IMG/VR virus record: IMGVR_UViG_3300023179_000082
Location: 1 to 64,000 of that record
DNA length: 64,000 bases
Direction: 5' to 3' (one strand)
Source: a virus
Under the pieces are notes generated by a model, which was given only the letters and a program-made list of their open reading frames with translations, made no database searches and was not told the origin of the DNA. The translations under genes and the position numbers were made by a program. This document shows positions 58,484 to 64,000 of this stretch, piece after piece; within the stretch, counting starts at the first letter, position 1; each line of letters opens with the position of its first letter.

Positions 58484-61400
58484 ATGGCTCTAGAAATTAT
58501 TAATATTGGTGTATTACCAAACGATGGCACAGGTGATCCTGTACGTGTTGCCTTTGAAAAAATTAATTACAATTTTAATCAAGTTCAAAGTGGTAACACA
58601 TTTAGCTATGTAAGCGGTCCTGAAGATAGCGTACAATATAAGAAAACAAATGACTTACAAGCAGTTGCGGTAAAAGGTAATATTACGTTAGCTGTCGGAT
58701 TTCCTGCACGTGCTTACACAAGTATTGGTAACCTAGCAACAGCCAATTGGGTTGAACAATCATTACCAACTAACAATAATATAAATGATTTAATTGTTGC
58801 AGGAGCTAATTTTTGGGGAGTTGGGGCAAACGGAACGGTAGTTACTAGTGTTGATGGTGTAACATGGGCAAATGCTATTACCGCTAGTAATGTTAACTTA
58901 AATGCGGTAATTTTTGATAGTGCTAATACATTATTTGTTACAGTAGGTGATAATGGAAAATTATTAACAAGTGGTAATGGTGTAACATGGACAACACGAA
59001 CTACAGGAACATCGGAAAATTTGCATGGTATTGCATTGTCACCAAATGTTGGGTATGTTGCTGTTGGAGCAAATGGTACATTAATCTATAGTTCTAACGC
59101 TATAGCATGGACAAGTGGTAATAGCACAGTTTCAACTACACTGCGTGATATTGTATATAATGGTAATGTTTTTACTGCAGTAGGTGACAGTGGTACAGTA
59201 ATTAGTAGTTTAAACTTAACATCATGGGCAAATCGTACAAGTTCAGCTAATATCAGCGTAAATTTAAACAGTGTATCATATGCAAATATTGCTAATGTAT
59301 TAACATTAGTAGCAGTTGGTGCAAACGGGCAAACTTATAAAAGTGTTGATGGTAATGCGGTAACATGGACAAGCATTGTAGATCCATTATCAAGCAATTT
59401 AAACAGTATTGTTCGTGGTGCTAACGCATTTGTTGCAGTTGGTAATACAAGCGCAGTTATTAATTTAGCTGATAGTGCAAATACATGGAGTAATGTTAGT
59501 TTACCAACAAGAATGGAAGGTAATATAAACTTTTTATATGACCAACCTAATGCAAACTTGTTACTTAATGCTAATATTATACCACAAGCAAATGGTAATA
59601 TTAGATTAGGTACAGCAAATAACAGAATAAACACTGCATTTTTTACTACATCAAATTCAAATACTGCTATTGCATCGAACTTATCTGTAACTAATAGTGC
59701 TATTGTAGCTAATTTAACTGCCACTCAAGCAACAATTACAACCTTTAATGTAACAGGTTTATCGAATTTAGGAAACATTTCCAACGTTACTATTTTGGGT
59801 GGAAATAATGGTTATTTTCTACAAACTGATGGTTCAGGTAATTTAACTTGGGCACCTGCAGGTAATGGAGGTGGTGGTAATGGCAGTCCAGGTGGCGCAA
59901 ACACTCAAGTACAATATAATAACGCAGGTGATTTTGGCGGTGATGCGGGATTTACCTATAATGATGTAACAAATACTTTAACTGTCAACACGATTAGTTC
60001 ATATAATCAGACAGTTAGTAATAATATATCAACTAATACTGCAACAGTTGTAGGAAATTTAACATCAGGTAATGCAAGCTTAGGGAATTTAGCCACTGCA
60101 AACTATATTAATGTAAATTGGGATGTATCTGCTAATGTAATATATGGTAATTATTTGTATGGAGATGGTTCAAACTTAACAAACTTACCATATTCATCAA
60201 ATGCAAATTATGCCGCTTATGCAGGTGAAGCATTTTTAGTAAGTGGTTCAAATGTTGTTGGTGATGTTGCTAATGCAAATTATGCGAATTTTTCAGGTAA
60301 CGCATATTCAGTTGACGGAGCTAATGTTGTTGGTGAAGTTGCTAATGCAAATTATGCTTCATTTGCTAACGTAGCAAACAGTGTAAGTAGTCCTGTTGCT
60401 AATGCAAATTATGCGAATTTTGCAGGAAATGCTTTTTCGGTAGATGGTGCTAATGTTGTTGGTGAAGTTGCTAATGCAAATTATGCAATGCATGTTGATG
60501 TTGAACCTGTATTAGATAATTTCAGTTATCATGTTGTATTGGTAGCAAATCCTGGCGACAATCATCTTAAGGTCGATGGCGATGATCAACTACAATATAA
60601 CCCACAATTTGGTATTTTAACATCAAATCGTGTTGATGCAAATTTATTTGTAGGTAATGGACATTTTCTCACTGATTTAACAGGTGCTAATGTAACAGGA
60701 GAAGTACCATATGCTAACATTGCAAACTCTGTTGCTGGTGCAAATGTTACAGGAACCGTAGCAAATGCTAATTATGCAGCATTTGCAGGTAATGCAAATT
60801 TTGCATCCAATGTAGCATATGCGAATGCTTCTAACACAGCGAATTCCGCTAATACATCTAATGTTGCTATCACGGTAAGTGGTAATGCTCAACCAAATAT
60901 AACAAGTGTTGGAAACCTGACAACATTAAATGTTACAGGAGCATTATTTGCAGCAACGGGTAATTTTTCAGGTAATGGGTCATTTGGTAACTTACAAGTA
61001 GTCAATCAAATACGTGTTGGTTCAAATATAATAGCTAATGTTGGTTCTAATCTTATTGCCTATGGCAATGTTGATTTTTATAATGCAACTGATGTAAACC
61101 TTGGTGAAATTACAGAATTACATATATCAGGTGGATCGAATGGTTATTTCTTACGTACAGATGGTGCAGGTAACCTAAGTTGGGCAGCAGTTTCTAATGG
61201 TGGAAATGCTGTCACCCCACCAGGCGGTTCAAACACTCAACTACAATATAATAATGATGGGAATTTTGCAGGAAGTGCAGCATTAGTATTTGACAATACA
61301 AGCAATGTATTAACTGTAAGTGGTCCGCTAGTTGCAACCCAACTTTCTGTTTCAGGTAATATTGGTGGCGCAAATGCTAATTTAGGCAACTTAGTTATTG

Positions 61401-63739
61401 CAAACTTTTTCCAAGGATCAGGTAATAGGTTATCAAATATACAAGGTGCTAATGTTTCAGGTACGGTAGCTAATGCAAATTATGCTGTATCTGCTAATTT
61501 TGCTAATACTGCAACCAATGCAAACTATGCCAATTATGCAAACATTGCAAGTGTTTCTAACCTTACATTATTTGCAAATACTGCAAATACTGTGGTTGTT
61601 AATGCACAACCAAACATTACAAGTGTTGGTAATTTAGTTAGTCTTGTAGTAGATGGTAATTTATATTCTAATAATTCCAATGTTGAAGGTAATGGTTCTT
61701 ATGGAAACCTACAAGTTGTAAATGAAATTAGGATTGGAAATACTTTTATTGCTAATTTTGGTTCTAACCTTATTGCATATGGTAATGTTGATTTTTATAA
61801 CGCAACTGATGTAAATCTTGGTGAAGTTACAGAATTACATATAGCAGGTGGATCTAACGGATATTTTCTACGTACAGATGGTGCAGGTAATTTAAGTTGG
61901 GCGGCAGTTAGTAATGGAAGTAATGCCAATGTTAATGCTGCGGGATCAAACACTCAGGTACAATTTAACGATGGTAATGCGTTTGGTGCAAGTGCAGCAT
62001 TTGTTTTTAACAAAGCAGCAAATATATTAACAATTACAGGTGGAATTGTTGCATCATCATTGGGTACTACTGCTAATATTACAGCAGCAAATGCAACGCT
62101 TGGTAATTTAGTTGTTGCCAACTTCTTCCAAGGTTCAGGTAATCGTTTATCTAACATTCAAGGTGCCAACGTAAATGGTGAAGTTGCACTTGCAAATTTT
62201 GCCACTTATTCTATTAGTGCCAATTTAGCAAACACTGCCAATATTGCTAATACTGCGAACAATGCAAATTTTGCTACTTTTTCAACAAATTCAAATGTTG
62301 CTATCACAGTAAGTAATAATGCTCAACCTAATATAACTAGTGTTGGTAATTTGACAAACCTAGTAGTAACAGGGGGAATTTTTGGAAATACAGGTAATTT
62401 TACTGGAAATGGGTCATTCGGTAATTTACAAGTTATCAATCAAGTAAGAATAGGTTCAAATTTAATAACAAATGCAGGATCTAATCTTATTGCATATGGT
62501 AACGTTGATTTCTTCAATGCAACAGACGTAAACCTCGGTGAAGTGACTGAACTACATATCGCAGGTGGTTCAAATGGATTTTTTCTTCAAACTAATGGAT
62601 CAGGTAATTTAACATGGGCACCTGCTTCGGGCAATGGAGGAGGTTATCCCCCAGGCGGCTCTAATACATATGTTCAATTTAATGATGGTGGAGCTTTTGG
62701 TGGAAGTGCAAATTTTTATTATAATAAAACGACTAACTTATTAACTGTAAATGGCAATATTAGTGGCAGTAATATTAATAGTTCAGGTAAAATTACTGCA
62801 ACAGGAAATATTCAAACTAATTCATTTTTTGTTGGTAATGGTATTTACATTACAGGGATTAATGCTGAAACAGCCAATTATGTAACTCAACCTGCTCAAT
62901 CTAATATAACGTCAGTAGGTAATTTGATATCGTTAGATATAATAGGTGACTTAACAAGCACAGGTAATGCAGCATTTTCAGGTGATATAGGTGCTAGTAA
63001 CATTAACTTAACCCGAAATGTTACGGCAAGTAATGGTACATTTACGGGAACACTGAGAGTTAATTCAGCAGGAACATTAAGAAGTTTAGGTAATGTAGTT
63101 TTTGCAGGTTCACCTAATATTTCTTTAGGTACTGTAGCTAATATTCGTATTACAGGCGGCACGAATGGATATGTATTATCAACTGATGGATTAGGTAATT
63201 TAAGTTGGGTAACGCCTGGCGGGGGTGGAGGAAATGGCTCACCAGGAGGTTCAAACCGTCAAATTCAATACAATGATAGTGGTGCATTTGGTGGTAGCCC
63301 ATTCTTTACTTTTGATAGTTCAGTTAACAATGTTACGATTGGGGGCAATTTAATTGCAAATACCATTACAATTGGTAGTGGCATTTACCAATTTAGTCAA
63401 TCAAATGTTTATTTTGCAGCAACAACTAGTAATGCAGCAAACCAAGAAATAATTTCAATTCCCACAGCAAATCTTGCAGGTATTGATTTTACTATTCTTA
63501 GTGATGATATTGGTGGAAATATTAGAACTCTAACTAAAATTTCGTCCGTGGTATTAGGATCAGTTATTAATTATAATGAAACTAGTAGTTTAGCAGTTAA
63601 TGGGTATACAGGTGATTACGTTGTTCAATATAACCCAGGCAACATCACTCTAGCACCATCTGCACAATTACTTTTTTCTCCTCAATCAGCAAATTATACT
63701 ACGTTAAAAATGATGATTACAACGTATAAAGAACTGTAA
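58484..63739 (+). CDS. Long repeat-rich tail fibre / baseplate-anchored adhesin (1751 aa)
   Basis: N-terminal IGVLPNDGTGDPVRVAFEKINYNF (gp9/gp10-type anchor), VAVG/S.DG.TW propeller blades, five GGxNGYxLxTxGxGNLxW...GxNxxxQ(Y/F)N modules and ANYA repeats. AATAAATA at 58446-58453. Confidence 0.75.
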   Translation: MALEIINIGVLPNDGTGDPVRVAFEKINYNFNQVQSGNTFSYVSGPEDSVQYKKTNDLQAVAVKGNITLAVGFPARAYTSIGNLATANWVEQSLPTNNNINDLIVAGANFWGVGANGTVVTSVDGVTWANAITASNVNLNAVIFDSANTLFVTVGDNGKLLTSGNGVTWTTRTTGTSENLHGIALSPNVGYVAVGANGTLIYSSNAIAWTSGNSTVSTTLRDIVYNGNVFTAVGDSGTVISSLNLTSWANRTSSANISVNLNSVSYANIANVLTLVAVGANGQTYKSVDGNAVTWTSIVDPLSSNLNSIVRGANAFVAVGNTSAVINLADSANTWSNVSLPTRMEGNINFLYDQPNANLLLNANIIPQANGNIRLGTANNRINTAFFTTSNSNTAIASNLSVTNSAIVANLTATQATITTFNVTGLSNLGNISNVTILGGNNGYFLQTDGSGNLTWAPAGNGGGGNGSPGGANTQVQYNNAGDFGGDAGFTYNDVTNTLTVNTISSYNQTVSNNISTNTATVVGNLTSGNASLGNLATANYINVNWDVSANVIYGNYLYGDGSNLTNLPYSSNANYAAYAGEAFLVSGSNVVGDVANANYANFSGNAYSVDGANVVGEVANANYASFANVANSVSSPVANANYANFAGNAFSVDGANVVGEVANANYAMHVDVEPVLDNFSYHVVLVANPGDNHLKVDGDDQLQYNPQFGILTSNRVDANLFVGNGHFLTDLTGANVTGEVPYANIANSVAGANVTGTVANANYAAFAGNANFASNVAYANASNTANSANTSNVAITVSGNAQPNITSVGNLTTLNVTGALFAATGNFSGNGSFGNLQVVNQIRVGSNIIANVGSNLIAYGNVDFYNATDVNLGEITELHISGGSNGYFLRTDGAGNLSWAAVSNGGNAVTPPGGSNTQLQYNNDGNFAGSAALVFDNTSNVLTVSGPLVATQLSVSGNIGGANANLGNLVIANFFQGSGNRLSNIQGANVSGTVANANYAVSANFANTATNANYANYANIASVSNLTLFANTANTVVVNAQPNITSVGNLVSLVVDGNLYSNNSNVEGNGSYGNLQVVNEIRIGNTFIANFGSNLIAYGNVDFYNATDVNLGEVTELHIAGGSNGYFLRTDGAGNLSWAAVSNGSNANVNAAGSNTQVQFNDGNAFGASAAFVFNKAANILTITGGIVASSLGTTANITAANATLGNLVVANFFQGSGNRLSNIQGANVNGEVALANFATYSISANLANTANIANTANNANFATFSTNSNVAITVSNNAQPNITSVGNLTNLVVTGGIFGNTGNFTGNGSFGNLQVINQVRIGSNLITNAGSNLIAYGNVDFFNATDVNLGEVTELHIAGGSNGFFLQTNGSGNLTWAPASGNGGGYPPGGSNTYVQFNDGGAFGGSANFYYNKTTNLLTVNGNISGSNINSSGKITATGNIQTNSFFVGNGIYITGINAETANYVTQPAQSNITSVGNLISLDIIGDLTSTGNAAFSGDIGASNINLTRNVTASNGTFTGTLRVNSAGTLRSLGNVVFAGSPNISLGTVANIRITGGTNGYVLSTDGLGNLSWVTPGGGGGNGSPGGSNRQIQYNDSGAFGGSPFFTFDSSVNNVTIGGNLIANTITIGSGIYQFSQSNVYFAATTSNAANQEIISIPTANLAGIDFTILSDDIGGNIRTLTKISSVVLGSVINYNETSSLAVNGYTGDYVVQYNPGNITLAPSAQLLFSPQSANYTTLKMMITTYKEL
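60860..62930 (+). repeat. Three diverged internal repeats (~716-bp period) in the fibre gene
   Basis: AQPNITSVGNL recurs at ~60887, 61603 and 62320 (AQSNITSVGNL at ~62894). LIAYGNVDF(Y/F)NATDVNLGE.TELHI.GGSNG occurs in each unit. Confidence 0.85.
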
Positions 63740-63762
63740 TTAGGTGGAAATTTGAATAATAT

Positions 63763-63770
63763 TATAAATA
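63763..63770 (+). promoter_or_regulatory. T4-type late promoter TATAAATA
   Basis: Exact consensus upstream of the ATG at 63791. Confidence 0.65.
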
Positions 63771-63790
63771 TATAAAAGATAGGAAAAAAA

Positions 63791-64000
63791 ATGGCACTTA
63801 AACCACTTAATTCAGTCGGCGGTTTCTCAGTAGGGGAAATTCCATCAAACGTTATTTTAGGTAATGGAGATATTACCACTTCAAATGGTAACTTTAGCTA
63901 CAGTATAGCTGCAGGAAATGTTCTTACAAACAATTTAAAGTATGCTAATGGATCACCATGGGATCTACAAGAAGCAGCAGGTGCTAACAAACAAATCCAA
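63791..64000 (+). CDS. Fibre-like structural protein, 5' part only
   Basis: AGGA SD; MALKPLNSVGGFSVGE...YANGSPWD..AAGANKQIQ. It ends in the same GxNxQxQ module seen in the preceding gene. Confidence 0.65.
   Translation, partial: MALKPLNSVGGFSVGEIPSNVILGNGDITTSNGNFSYSIAAGNVLTNNLKYANGSPWDLQEAAGANKQIQ

Noticed and set aside
35098-58530. ORF-track starts at 35098, 36046, 41498, 46368 and 58530
   Set aside because: These are longest-ORF artefacts that overlap neighbours or promoters. Downstream ATGs (35134, 36049, 41417, 46485, 58401) fit promoter, SD and motif positions better.
58484-63739. Diversity-generating retroelement acting on the fibre gene
   Set aside because: No reverse transcriptase in the window, and repeat differences are mostly synonymous rather than adenine-specific.
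42038-63879. Short minus-strand and alternate-frame ORFs within the tape measure, head genes and fibres
   Set aside because: They lie inside well-supported genes and are explained by codon bias.
1-64000. Stop-codon reassignment as seen in some jumbo phages
   Set aside because: Genes are full length in the standard code, and TAA, TAG (gp20, gp46) and TGA (gp47, gp21) all act as stops.

Overview
AT-rich (~33-35% GC by eye) segment of a large T4-like (jumbo-type) myophage genome read in the standard genetic code. The left arm (minus strand, 1-34976) is a baseplate module in canonical contractile-tail order: tube initiator, gp53/LysM, hub, gp5 spike, gp25, gp6, a giant 6387-aa wedge/fibre protein, a small wedge protein and a fibre. 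The centre (plus strand) has the late sigma factor gp55, the gp47/gp46 Mre11-Rad50 nuclease and an Hjc-type resolvase. These are followed by a ~560-nt ORF-free region that folds almost completely into stems, with G-U pairs that work only on the + strand (candidate unrecognised large ncRNA or origin primer RNA). Next come a gp26/gp51-like chaperone pair joined by a perfect -1 slippery heptamer, a tape measure with a GH73 peptidoglycan-hydrolase domain, and the head module (gp20, core, gp21, gp22, gp23). After gp23 is a block of accessory genes, most with their own promoter: a PD-(D/E)xK nuclease fused to a Mom-like GNAT domain, a LamG/Gly-rich protein, a fatty-acid desaturase and a degenerate HNH. 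Repeat-rich fibre genes close the window. Window-wide patterns: (A/T)TAAATA late promoters, many apparently giving leaderless mRNAs, and strong depletion of CCAG/CTGG/CCGG. All calls come from manual reading; no searches or folding programs were run.
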